This document shows positions 22,754-37,000 of a stretch of DNA of 64,000 bases, one piece after another. The position numbers and the translations under genes are program-made. The notes under the pieces are model-generated. The model was given only the letters and a program-made list of their open reading frames with translations. It did no database searches and had not been told where the DNA came from. Source of the stretch: Macrostomum lignano (taxonomy: Eukaryota); the NCBI GenBank assembly GCA_002269645.1, contig NIVC01000042.1, positions 248,001-312,000 on the forward strand. The letters run 5' to 3'. Numbering within the stretch: position 1 is the stretch's first letter; each line of letters opens with the position of its first letter.

Positions 22754-25700
22754 ATGCCTGGCAATGGCCTGGCAACCAATCAGCAGCCAATGCTGTGCAG
22801 CTCGCCAAGTCTGCAACTCGACCTGAAGCAGCAGCAGCAGCAGCAGCTCCCTCTATCCCATGTCGAAGTGGAGCCATCAACAGAGCCGGAGCCCTCTGCC
22901 GCATTTCCTGACTCTCAGCTGCAGCTGCTCTCAGGCGCTGCCATTTGGCCTCCATCTGCTTCATCGTCTGCATCTCTGCGCGACAGCTGGAGCTCCTCGG
23001 CCGGCTCCAACGGCTCCGGCCCCGCCATGGCATCCCTCGTCGTTTCGCCGTTAGGAAATCCTCAGCAGCAACAGCAATCCCAGTCTCTGCCCATGCTGCA
23101 GCATCTGCAACAGATGAACCAGCAGATGATGCAGCTCGGATCGATTAACAATTGTAATCCAGCATCCTCAGTTTATTCTTTGTGCGGCAATGTTGCTGGG
23201 CAGCCAATTGCTGGCGGTCCATTGCAACAGCAGCAGCAACAGCAGAAAGGTGGCACTGGAGCCTTCTGGCAAGGCATTGTTGGCTGTTTCCGGCCGATGT
23301 GGAATGCGGTCGGCCGAACCGCCGCTGGTAAGATCACGTGATTATGTGTGTGCTTAAGTTTTTTTAGATTTAGTTTCTTATTGCAGCTCCCTATTATAGC
23401 TAATTAGATGACGAGGTATTTACTTATCACAGAGTAGTAATAGTTACTCTCGCCGTTTACTCCAACATCAATACGTTGGCATTCCCTGTGCCCTCCCTCA
23501 GTGCCTGCGTCAAAGCAGCCCCAGCAGCGGCAGCAGGCAGCGGACTGGTGCGCCGACGAGTCCGAGGTCGTCGAGCTGGGGTTCCTAGCCTCCGGCAGTC
23601 AGGGCTCCGTCACCCTGGTGCTGCACCGCGGCCAGCAGGTGGCGCTGAAACGATTCAACGATCCCGACGCGGCGCTGCTGGTGCCGCTGAAAGAGCTGAG
23701 CCACCTGGGCCGCCTGAGCCACCCGCATGTGGTGAAATTCTTAGCCTGCCTCGATGGCGGCGGCGGCCCCGGCTTGCTGATGGAGTTCTGTCCCCATGGC
23801 AACCTGTTTGATTACTATACAGTGAGTCTGGGCTGCTGGCTGTTCTTTTGCGTTTGTAAGTTCTAGATGTCATTTTTCAAATTTTGAATGTCATTTTTCA
23901 AATCCTAAATGCCATTTTTCAAATCCTAAATGCCATTTTTCAAATCCTAAATGCCATTTTTCAAATTCTAAATGCCATTTTTCAAATCCTAAATGCCATT
24001 TTTCAAATCCTAAATGCCATTTTTCAAATTCTAAATGCCATTTTTCAAATCCTAAATGCCATTTTTCAAATTCTAAATGCCATTTTTCAAATTCTAAATG
24101 CCATTTTTCAAATTCTAAATGCCATTTTTCAAATTCTAAATGCCATTTTTCAAATCCTAAATGCCATTTTTTAAATTCTAAATGCCATTTTTAAATTATA
24201 AATGCCATTTTTCAAGTCATGAATGCCATTGAAAATTCTGGATGCCATTTTTAAAATCCTGAATGCCATTTTTCTAAATTCAAGAATGCATTTTTTAAAT
24301 TCATTTGAGATTCTTCTGGTTTCGAAACATGTTTTGTAAGCCAAAAAGGTGACATTATTTTAGCATCCGGGTGCCACTTTGTTTTTAAGACTAGTTGCAT
24401 TCAATTAAAAATTATCTCAAACCTGTTCGAACCCGCGCTCAGGTCGGCACGGACTGCCTGCCGGCCGCTCGCATCGCCGACTGGTCCCGCCAGCTGGCCA
24501 GCGGCATGGCCTACCTGCACGAGTGCCGGATTCCGCACGGTGACCTGAAGAGCCCCAACATCCTGCTGTGCGAACTGGACCGGCTCAAGATCTCCGACTT
24601 TGGATTGGTGCCGCCCAACCGAGGTGACGAGGCCGGTTCTGGCCATAGACAGCAGCAGCAGCAGCTCTACGGCACAATGCGCTGGATGTCGCCGGAGCAA
24701 TGTCGCCAGGAGGCCTGGAGCTACCCGGCAGACGTGTACAGCTATGGAGTCATCCTGTGGGAGCTGCTGTTCATGGAGGTGCCCTACAAGTGCGTGGATC
24801 CGTGGGCTGTGATGCTGGGCGTTGGCCAGGGCAGTTTGTGCCTGCCTGTGCCGGGCCACACGCCCGGGTTGCTGGGCAGCCTCATGCAGACATGCTGGTC
24901 CACCGAACTCAGCCAGCGGCCGACATTTCGGGGCATTGTGACCGCGCTGACCGCATCGGGTCTACCGGACCTGCTGGTGCTGACTGACGGCGATCTGAGA
25001 GTGCTGCGGAAGGTCTGGTCCGCCGAGATTTCCAGGGCAATGTCCTCCCGGGTGCGGAGGGAGGACTTTAAGGTTAGTGCTGATGGGGAGCTTGTCTTTG
25101 TTTATGTTGTGTTTCAAATCAACGGAGTCTTTGTTGCAAAATAATTGAGTCTTCAATTTCTGAATTGATAGGTATTTAGTCTTTGTTGTGAATCGATATT
25201 GAGTCTTTGGTGTGAATCAATATTGAGTCTTTGTTGTGAATCAATACTGAGTCTTTGTTGTGAATCAATACTGAGTCTTTGTTGTGAATCGATATTGAGT
25301 CTTTGGTGTGAATCGATATTGAGTCTTTGTTGTGAATCGATATTGAGTCTTTGGTGTGAATCGATATTGAGTCTTTGTTGTGAATCAATACTGAGTCTTT
25401 GTTGTGAATCAATACTGAGTCTTTGTTGTGAATCAATACTGAGTCTTTGTTGTGAATCAATACTGAGTCTTTGTTGTGAATAGATACTGAGTCTTTGTTG
25501 TGAATCAATACTGAGCCTTTGATTAATACCTGTCTTAAATTTGATAGATAGATCTAAATTTTTATTCAGCTTCAAAATCGCATCTCATTCGCTCCTCAAC
25601 CTGTCGCCGACTCTCCAGGCCAAGCTGGAGGCCGACCTGCTGCGCCGCCGTCGCGACGAGCTGCACCACGCGGCGGACATCCGGCTGCTGTACGAGAAGC

Positions 25701-27712
25701 GGCTCCGCCGGCTTGATGAGCTGCAGATGAGCCTCACCAACTCGCAGATTCGGCAGCAGCTGCGCGACCGCGCCGAGGCCCAACGATCCGACCGGCTGCG
25801 CGAGGCCGTCCGCGACCGCTGCTGCCGCCGGTGCCGCCGCGCTCTGCGAGGCCTCGTCGGCGAAGGTGGCGACGCCGTCAAGGAGGACAACGACAGTGGC
25901 GACTGCCGGATGGCGGACAATTGCGCCAAGACTTCGGCGGCTGCTGCGTCTCGCGGAAGTGGCGTCGTCTTGGACCGCCCGATCCGCGCCGCCATCAGCC
26001 TCGACTGCTTGGCCGCCGCTGCCGCCGCCTCGGCCTCCTCCGCAGCCACTGAAGCCGCCGCTGCCACTGCCGCCGCCACCAACGCAGCTGAAGAGGCTGA
26101 TTCGCCGTCATCGCCTGGCCGAGGCATCGGCGACCGAGGCCAACCGTTTCGACGCGCCTATCGGCGCCGTGCGCCACCTGCTGTGCCGCCTCAGCAGCAG
26201 CCCCCACCGGCGCCGCGTCCTCTGGCCAGCGAGGGCGAGCCGCAGCTCAGGTCGCGTCCCGGCCGTCGCAGCGGTGCATCGGAAGCTTCGACTTCCTCGG
26301 CGTCGACATCATCACCGTCGACGTCCATGGCGGCCGGTTCGGCGCAGCTCCGGCTCAGCACCGACCTGCTCACCCAGGAGCTGCAGGAGCACCTGGCCGG
26401 CGATCGGCTCAGCGAGTGCGAGGCGCGACTTGGTGGACTCGTGTCCGAAGCGGTTGGTTTTTTAGCTTTTCGCTACATATCGGCTAAATTAGTCTGCTTG
26501 GGATTCTATAGTTACTATAGCTTTTCGATACATATCGGCCAAATCAGTCTGCATGGGATTCTATAGTTACTATAGCTTTTCGATACATATCGGCTAAATT
26601 AGTGTGGATGGGATTCTATAGTTACTATAGCTTTTCGATACATATCGGCTAAATTGGTCTGCATGGGATTCTATAGTTACTATAGCTTTTCGATACATAT
26701 CGGCTAAATTGGTCTGCATGGGATTCTATAGTTACTATAGCTTTTCGATACATATCGGCTAAATAAGTTTTCATAGGATTCAAGTTCATCGGGTTTCGAT
26801 GCAGATCGGTGAAACTAGATTGATTAGAAGAGAAGTTCTTTTAATTGCAGCCTTTCGATACATATCGGCAATCTTTCCTACTGTTGAAACTTACGGTAGC
26901 AGTTGATTTTTATGGCACATGATTTTTACAAACATTTAGCTTGTGCATTGGAGCATATTGAGCTGCAGGGTTTCTGTTGGGGCTGGGCTGCATTTTGGCG
27001 TGACGTAGCCATTGAAAATAGCTGATAGCATGCAGCTCCGTTGCTGGGGACTCGGCTATTTTTAGATAGAGAGAGAGAAATACTGAATTTTCTTCACGTT
27101 GCCAACCCGCGCACTTTTTCTCTCGTCACGGGTTTCTCTTGCCGCCCACCTCAACCTCCCCTCTGCTCGCTGCTTTTTCTGCTGACTTATCTGCTTTTGC
27201 TCTCCGTGTAGCCCTGCCCTACTCTGCTTCTAGGCTAGATAGGGCTGGCCATTGCCCTTCAATTGAGGCTCTGTTATCTTTGTGGAGTGTTGCAGAAAAC
27301 TTGCTAGCTTCGAGTGTGTTTGCTGCTATGAAGCTGGTAAATCTTTTTAGCGCTTGAGCCAGCCGCTTACGAAGCGCGCGCATTTGTTTGCTTGCACTGA
27401 AGAGGCTCAGGCATCTCTGAGCACCGCTCTGGGGTGGGCGCGTCTTTATTCTCTCTCAATATCAGTATTTCTCTATTTTTCGTCTCTTTTTTAACGTTAA
27501 AAAATAATGCAAACTACCCTACTTATAGTAGAGAAGTGATGAAATTCATCTAATTATTTTTCTATCGACGCCACTTGCAGCACTCGGAAGCGGCAGCCTC
27601 GGGCCACTCAGATCTGGACGAGCAGATTGACCAGTTGCGCAATTTGAGCATTGAGACTCAACGACAGCGACTAACGGTGGGGCCAGTCAGACTGAATTCT
27701 TCAATCTTGTAG
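22754..27712 (+). CDS. MAP3K13: Dual leucine zipper kinase (DLK/LZK/Wallenda, MAP3K12/13-like). Exons 22754-23327, 23502-23821, 24443-25072, 25619-26452, 27581-27712
   Basis: Pre-kinase motif FWQGIVGCFRPMWNAVG, VALK, HGDLKSPN, DFG, GTMRWMSPE, zipper RRRRDELHHAADIRLLYEKRL; phases 1/0/0/0 consistent; MAP3K12 vs MAP3K13 cannot be distinguished. Confidence 0.88.
23866..24290. repeat. Intronic minisatellite, 21-bp unit AAATGCCATTTTTCAAATCCT
   Basis: Tandem array. Confidence 0.95.
25175..25520. repeat. Intronic minisatellite, 24-bp unit TGAGTCTTTGTTGTGAATCAATAC
   Basis: Tandem array. Confidence 0.95.
26470..26765. repeat. Intronic minisatellite, ~55-bp unit (TTTCGATACATATCGGCTAAATTAGTCTGCATGGGATTCTATAGTTACTATAGCT)
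   Basis: About 5 tandem copies. Confidence 0.93.
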
Positions 27713-29094
27713 CCAGCAATCATTCCTTGTTTATTTTTGCAACTGCATGTACCTCATCGGCGCCACACCATCTCTGTATACTACTATTGTACGAAAATAT
27801 ATCAGTAGCACTTTGCGAGCATTCCAATTTTTTTTGACATGTACGATTGTTCGAGTTTTATTGGCATATTTTTTGTGTACTCCGTCATAAATTGCATAAT
27901 GATTAATTATAATGGTGTGGATTTTTGCGGCTGTGAAACAATACGAAAGCTCTTGGCTAGTGCCCAATGGGTTGTAAATTTTGTTGAAATATTGCGTGCT
28001 AATGAATATTATTTTTATAATTTAATGTTGTTGATAATTAATTCGATGCCTATGTTTTCGACTGTTCACTTCTTTCACTGTAGATTGATAATTTATTATG
28101 TTGTTAATTACCAATTGTTCACTTTAGACAGCACCAGTGCCTACTATAATTTATAATTATTATAACTATTTTTAATCTTGTGCGAGCAGATTCTTTTTGT
28201 CTACTATTAGTAGTTTAGCGTATATTTTAAAAATTAACCTTTTTTGAACCAACGCAAGGTAAATAAAAGTAAATTATGGCTGTGTAATATTTTTCTGTAT
28301 AAACTGGTGATCATTTTTATCGATAAAAAATGTTTATCTTATCTTGCTGACTTCTCAAGAAAGCGAATGGAATTCCTTTCTTGCTCATTTTCAACGAAGT
28401 TTAGTCATTTTGTGTCTAAACAAAATTTGGTGCATGTGCTCAGTTAAACATGACCAAAATCACGTGACTATTTAAAGTTTCTAATTTACAGTTTCAGGTT
28501 GGTTGCAGCTTACAATGTACTTAAATCCCAATGCCTCCCTGAGGTTCATAGTTTTCCTCTATTTAATAGGTACCATAGCTCTGCATCGGCCCGTGTACCT
28601 GTCTGCCCCACCCCTGCGTGCAGAACTGCTGAACTCGGGGTGGGGGGGAGGGTTCAAGTACAAGTGCGGCAGACGGCAGTTGTACACTCAACCCTGACTG
28701 GGGGTGTGCGCGCTGTCCACCCAGCTGTCTTATGTATACGAGTTTCTATATATATATATATATAAGCAATTAATAAGTCATAGAATTAAATTAGCAGGTA
28801 GAAGAGTTAACGAAGACAGATAGACACACAGATTCTCAATTTTTATTTGAAAGCATTAGTTTGTACATTTAAATTAAAGGCTGGCTATGTCATCAACTGA
28901 CGGATCTACATGTACCACTGAGCCCGAAGTCAGTGCTCGGACAGACCAGCATGTGAACAGTGCCACTCGTTGTAGCAGCAATAAAGGTGAAACAATATTT
29001 TTTCATTGCATGAATGTCTATAGCATATTGTACAGCTTTTTTAGTTGCATTTTCTTGGTAGAAAGCCTAGGTTTGGAGACAACAGTGAATTCTC

Positions 29095-30112
29095 GAGGGA
29101 TAGACCACAGACAGAGTGAGATCTGGGGGGATAGACCACTGACAGCAGACAGAGTGAGATCTAGGGGGATAGACCACTGACAGCAGACAGAGTGAGATCT
29201 GGGGGGATAGACCACTGACAGCAGACAGAGTGAGATCTAGGGGGATAGACCACTGACAGCAGACAGAGTGAGATCTGGGGGATAGACCACTGACAGCAGA
29301 CAGAGTGAGATCTGGGGGATAGACCACTGACAGACAGTGAGATCTGGGGGGGATAGACCAATGACAGACAGTGAGATCTGGGAGGATAGATCACAGACAC
29401 ACAGTGAGATCTGGGGGATAGACCACTGACAGACAGTGAGATCTGGGGGGATAGATCACAGACACACAGTGAGATCTGGGGGGATAGACCACTGACAGAC
29501 AAGGAGATCTGGGGGGATAGGCCACTGACAGACAGGGAGATCTGGGGGATAGACCACTGACAGACAGGGATCTGACCACTGACAGACAGGGATAGGCCAC
29601 TGACAGACAGGGAGATCTGGGGGATAGACCACTGACAGACAGGGAGATCTGGGGGATAGACCACTGACAGACAGGGATCTGACCACTGACAGACAGGGAT
29701 CTGACCACTGACAGACAGGGAGATCTGGGGGATAGACCACTGACAGACAAAGAGATCTGTGGGGATAGGCCACTGACAGACAGGGAGATCTGGGGGATAG
29801 ACCACTGACAGATAGGGATCTGACCACTGACAGACAGGGATAGGCCACTGACAGACAGGGAGATCTGGGGGATAGACCACTGACAGACAGGGAGATCTGG
29901 GGGATAGACCACTGACAGACAGGGAGATCTGGGGGATAGACCACTGACAGACAGGGAGATCTGGGGGATAGACCACTGACAGACAGGGAGATCTGGGGGA
30001 TAGACCACTGACAGACAGGGAGATCTGGGGGATAGACCACTGACAGACAGGGAGATCTGGGGGATAGACCACTGACAGACAGGGAGATCTGGGGGATAAA
30101 CCACTGACAGAC
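29095..30112. repeat. Minisatellite, ~32-bp unit GAGATCTGGGGGATAGACCACTGACAGACAGG with variants
   Basis: Tandem array; explains the repetitive minus-strand ORFs. Confidence 0.95.
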
Positions 30113-31280
30113 TGCCAACACATAATCTGCATATTTTGTGATACATCGATAAGATAAGGTGGTGGAACACCTATAGACAACTAAATTAGGACACTTGTTG
30201 GTTTCTTAAAAATAAGCTGGGGCCAGTAAGAAACATATTTGTCGTATCGCTAGTGCACTCAATTAGCTAGCATACTGGAGACACCGGATTTGTCTATGGC
30301 AAAACCCTTTTCAGCGCTATGGCAGGGAAGCCTCTATGGGTTCTCTGCACGACATGCGTTCCTTACCGGTCCCCCAGCTCTTTTCAGTGAAGAAAACCTG
30401 CTTAGCTAAGCCCATAAGCTTATGGTCACAGCTCGCACTCAAGCTAGCTATAGTAAAGCAGCAGCTGCTGTTGCTGGTCAAACGCCCCGCACTGTACTAT
30501 CCCTTCTTATCCAGTCACCCCCTCAACCTCCGCTGTAGTTGTCACTCAGAAGTTGCGGCGCCGGTCAGCATATTGCAATGTCTTGATAGACAGACCCTCA
30601 GCCAAAGCTACAGAATGCGATTCGGGGTCTTATGAAGCCAGCCTGACAAGAAAAATGGACGACCAAAGCTTGGAAAACTACGGGGATTTCCCCACGTCAC
30701 ACCCCCCGATGTACGTCTCGTGGAAATTTCCAATCCGCGCTTCGAAGAGGAACTTTTTTGAAAAGTGCAGCCTCCAAATCCTCAGGCGGTCCTTTTCTAA
30801 TCCTCAGGCCTTATCTCTATGATTTAACTCGCAAAATAGGACTTTCCTACCTGCCCATATAATAAACCGTATGCTCTATAAAATGGTTGAAAAATTGAAA
30901 TGGAAATTGGTCCGACTCTTACAACCCTCTCCACCCCGATAAGAGCTCAGAGCCGCCTCCAATTTTGGCCAAAACTAATCTACCGCGGAGTCCAATTAAG
31001 TTTTATGACCCAACGTGTAATTAAATTTTTCTGCTCACTTGGTCGCCTGTTTGGTCGCAATAAATTAAATGGAATCCAGCCTAAAAAACAAGATGGGATA
31101 CTTGCGGAAAAAGCTACTGTAAGTAGTGCAATGCGAAATACAGCACCTGTTTCACAGCGCAGGGCTGAGAAATTTAGAATTTAGTAAGTACACAGGATAG
31201 AATAAGGGGAACTTACTAAACTTACTCTACTACTGTTTTCTCATTATAATAAGTAGTATATATTGCACACGGTTTCACAG

Positions 31281-32663
<1,383 letters not shown>

Positions 32664-33029
32664 GGAGCTCAAATTCGCGCCAAATTTTTTCTCTCCAAAT
32701 TTAAGGTTCTTTAACACCGTCGTTGAAACTGTGACAGAGAAATACTTACTATATATACTACCTATATACTACTCGTATATAGGTAGTATATATAGTATAG
32801 ATTGCAGATCCAATAAAACTAGATGGGCCTCTCATGCATGCATGCTTGGGAAATCTCTCGAGCTACTTCAGTTCAGTAGCAAAGAAGGAATATAAAAGCT
32901 TTTTTATGAAAAGATAGACAGTTTTAAGTTACTTGTAGAAATAAAACAACTTGCTAATTGGGGCAGCCGCAATATACATTAGCCCAGCGCCATAGGAAGT
33001 GTACATGGAAGGCCCATAAAAATCTTTCA

Positions 33030-33330
33030 TGAAGGGCGTAGCCCAGTGGTCTAGCGCGGCGCTCTCATGTACCAGCGGCCCAGGCTCGATTCCAAGTGCA
33101 GTCACATTAATTTGGGGCTGAATTGGAATCTCGGCCTGGCTCTGCTCGTGCAATTAACGCCCTTAAGGCCAACCGGCCAACCCCCAAGGCACAGTGAAGT
33201 GTACATGCCTAACGAGAAATATAGTCAGGGCCGCTGTTCACCTGTGTGAGTGTGTGCCTGTGCGTATGACTGCGTACGTATCCGCGCGCTTGTGTGCCTG
33301 CTCAGGGGAGTCGGCGGAACGGGCAGTAAT
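33030..33330 (+). mobile_element. tRNA-derived SINE
   Basis: A-box-like TAGCCCAGTGGT and B-box-like GGCTCGATTCC; 3' part shares GCGCGCTTGTGTGCCTGCTCAGG with 2470-2690. Confidence 0.55.
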
Positions 33331-34045
33331 TGATCGTTAATCGTTGATCGTTATCTAATATTTCCGGGTTTTGGCGCGAATTTGAATTGCATGCTGTGTA
33401 CGACAGTAGACTTGAAAGTCGATAAATTTGACAAAAAGCTATTTGACTAATGCCTGCAGTAGCTTTCTATTGAAGTTTTTGTAAATAGTTTAACTTTTAA
33501 TAGCGTATTCACTGGACAATTTTTTCATTTTTCATAATAGTCATTTCCAATTCGAATATATTTTATCGAATTGTTCAATTTATCATTAAACAGGATCGAT
33601 GTTGGAATTCTGTGAGCTGTGCATTAAAAATATCTGAATAGTCCTACTGTTAATGAGTAGTACAATAGGGTCTTTTAAATAAATACTAAATAAAAAATCG
33701 CAATCAATCTGAAGTGGATTTCGAGTGACACATTCTCACAGTACCATCCAATTCAATCGTGCAATCAAATAATGCAAAATAGACTTACAGTATCAGATAG
33801 ATATGGCTGCCACGTGTGCCAATTCACTTGGGCAGTTGCAGTGAACTGAACACTAAAACCAATCCACTCACATAAAAGTTGCGAACCAGCTGTGACCCGC
33901 TCGAGACCCGCCAGGGATTATTGGAGCAGTTTCTTGCAATGCCGGTCTTAAAATAGACTGGGACGGTTTCAAATATATTGCTGATGAGGAGCGTGGCATG
34001 CAGAGGATTCTGTAAGAGCCGAGGCCACCAGCTCACAGCTTCCGC

Positions 34046-37000
34046 ATGCTGCCTGCACTGGGTCTTGAGGCTGCATTGAAGCTGCACATAGTTCTGCCGC
34101 TGCTGGTGAGCAGTACTGCCTCTTATGCGACCGACCTCACTGGACTGGGCCGCGAGTACATGTTGAACTTTAATAATCAGACTGCATTGTCAGGTGAGTG
34201 CAGCCGACTGGTGTTCCTGTAGTAACTTGTTCTCAAATTTTGAGCTGGGAAGTGCTTCAAAGTGCAAGTAATCGTTGTTATTAATACCCTCGCATCCTCA
34301 TCCATTCACACCCTCATCTATTCACATCCTCATCCATTCACACCCTCATCTATTCACATCCTCATCCATTCACATCCTCATCCATTCACATCCTCATCCA
34401 TTCACATCCTCATCCATTCACACCCTCATCCATTCACACCCTCATCTATTCACATCCTTTTCTATTCACATTCTCATCAAGTCACATCCTTATTCCTTCA
34501 CACCCTCATTCCCTCATATCCCCATCCATTCACATCCTCATCCATTCGCATCCTCATCTATTCACATCCTCATCCATTCACATACTCATATATTCACACC
34601 CTCATCCCCGCATATCCCCATCCATTCACATCCTCATCCCCGCATATCCTCATCCATTCACATCCTCATCCATTCACATCTTCATCTATTCACACCCTCA
34701 TCCATTCACATCCTCATCTATTCACACCCTCATCCATTCACATCCTCATCTATTCACACCCTCATCTATTCACATCCTCATCCATTCACATCCTCATCCA
34801 TTCACATCCTCATCTATTCACACCCTTATCCATTCACATCCTCATCCATTCACATCCTCATCCATTCACATCCTCATCCATTCACATCCTCATCCATTCA
34901 CATCCTCATCCATTCACATCCTCATCCATTCACATCCTCATCCATTCACATCCTCATCCATTCACATCCCCATCCATTCACATCCTCATCCATTCGCATC
35001 CTCATCTATTCAAATCCTCATCCATTCACATACTCATATATTCACACCCTCATCCCCGCATATCCCCATCCATTCACATCCTCATCCCCGCATATCCTCA
35101 TCCATTCACATCCTCATCTATTCACATCCTCATCCATTCACATCCTCATCCATTCACATCCTCATCCATTCACATCCTCATCTATTCACACCCTCATCCA
35201 TTCACATCCTCATCCATTCACATCCTCATCCATTCACATCCTCATCCATTCACATCCTCATCCATTCACATCCTCATCTATTCACATCCTCATCTATTCA
35301 CATTCTCATCCATTCACACCCTCATCTATTCACATCCTCATCTATTCACATCCTCATCCATTCACATCCTCATCCATTCACATCCTCATCCATTCACATC
35401 CTCATCCATTCACATCCTCATCCATTCACATCCTCATCTATTCACATTCTCATCCATTCACATCCTCATCCATTCACATCCTCATCCATTCACATCCTCA
35501 TCCATTCACATCCTCATCCATTCACATCCTCATTCCATCACGCATTCCCTTAGCATTCCAAAAGCATTTCACAATCGCCCGCATGGAAATGCCAGCTGCA
35601 CTGGCACAACTGAAAGCCCAGCCAGCACACGCAGACCAGCTAGAAGAATTTGAAAGACTCCTACTTGGCTTTCCTCGCAAACAAAAGTCAGGCTGAGCTC
35701 ACAATGCGCAGCATGAATCCGTGCTGCCGTGTTCAGTGAGACCGGGTTCCACCGTGGCTTGTGGGCTGCGGTATCTCAAATCCAAATTCATGCGTGAAAA
35801 TCCCTTTCCAGAGTAGGTCCATGCCCCTCTCCACCAATGACCTGACAAGACCTCGGCAGGGAAAATCTACTCGGGAGGGGGATTAGCTTAAAAAATTTCT
35901 CAAATCAGAATCGGACCTGCTCAACAGAGCAGAATACACAATATAGCTCAGTTATATTGCCTGCTGTTCGACCTGTAGTTATGCCCCAGAGAAATTGCGC
36001 CATGCCTGCGAAATGTTGCGGCATGCTTGTTGCTATGGCGTTGCTAGGGTACTACGCTTTGACAGCCAGCTGTCAGCAGCTGACGATGCCGCATATCAGT
36101 ACCGATGAGCAGCGACTGCTCACTCTGCTGATGCTGAACTATGACTCAGCCTCCAGGCCAACGTTTAACGCCAGCAACACGGTGGAAGTCCGGTTCCAAC
36201 TGGCTCTGATTCAAATCTCTCAGCTGGTGAGTTACTGATCAACGCGACATCGTTAATGCGTACTTCTCTCCCCCGAATTTTTGTTCTGCTGGTGCCGGAG
36301 CGCCGGTACCCGATGAGCAGGCCCTGATGAGGCGGATTCTGGCCGGATACGACTCGGCCGTCCGGCCTGTGCTCAACTCATCCAGCCAGGTGATGGTGAA
36401 GTTCGGCTTTGCACTGATCCTCATCGCGGACATGGTTGGTTCCCCTTCTTTCCCTTCCTTGGGCCGGGTGATTTGGGTGGTTGTTATCGGTGCCAGTCAC
36501 GTGACAGGGGTCGAAACATATTGTGGTGGTTTTCATCTGTGCCAGTCACGTGACAGGGGGCAGAAACACACTGAGGTGGTTTTGCATCTGTTCCAGTCAC
36601 GTGACAGGGGGTAGAAACATACTGAGGTGGTTTTACATCTGTTCCAGTCACGTGACAGGGGGCAGAAACATACTGAGGTGGTTTTGCATCTGTGCCAGTC
36701 ACGTGACAGGGGGCAGAAATATACTGAGATGGTTTTGCATCTGTTCCAGTCACGTGACAGGGGGGCAGAAATATACTGAGATGGTTTTGCATCTGTTCCA
36801 GTCACGTGACAGGGGGCAGAAATATACTGAGATGGTTTTGCATCTGTTCCAGTCACGTGACAGGGGGTAGAAACACACTGAGGTGGTTTTGCATCTGTTC
36901 CAGTCACGTGACAGGGGTTAGAAACATACTGAGGTGGTTTTGCATCTGTGCCAGTCACGTGACAGGGGGCAGAAATATACTGAGGTGGTTTTACATCTGT

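Noticed and set aside
29018-30180. Several 220-340 aa minus-strand ORFs
   Set aside because: Translations of a 32-bp minisatellite
31069-31118. Candidate first exon for the MARCH-like gene (ATG 31069, GTAAGT donor)
   Set aside because: Ends in phase 2 while the acceptor at 31280 needs phase 1; the join hits a stop
33030-33110. tRNA gene
   Set aside because: A and B boxes are present but no convincing cloverleaf or poly-T terminator; continues into a dispersed repeat body, so called a SINE
34262-35696. 460-470 aa His/Ser/Pro-rich ORFs
   Set aside because: Translation of the 16-bp intronic minisatellite of the nAChR gene
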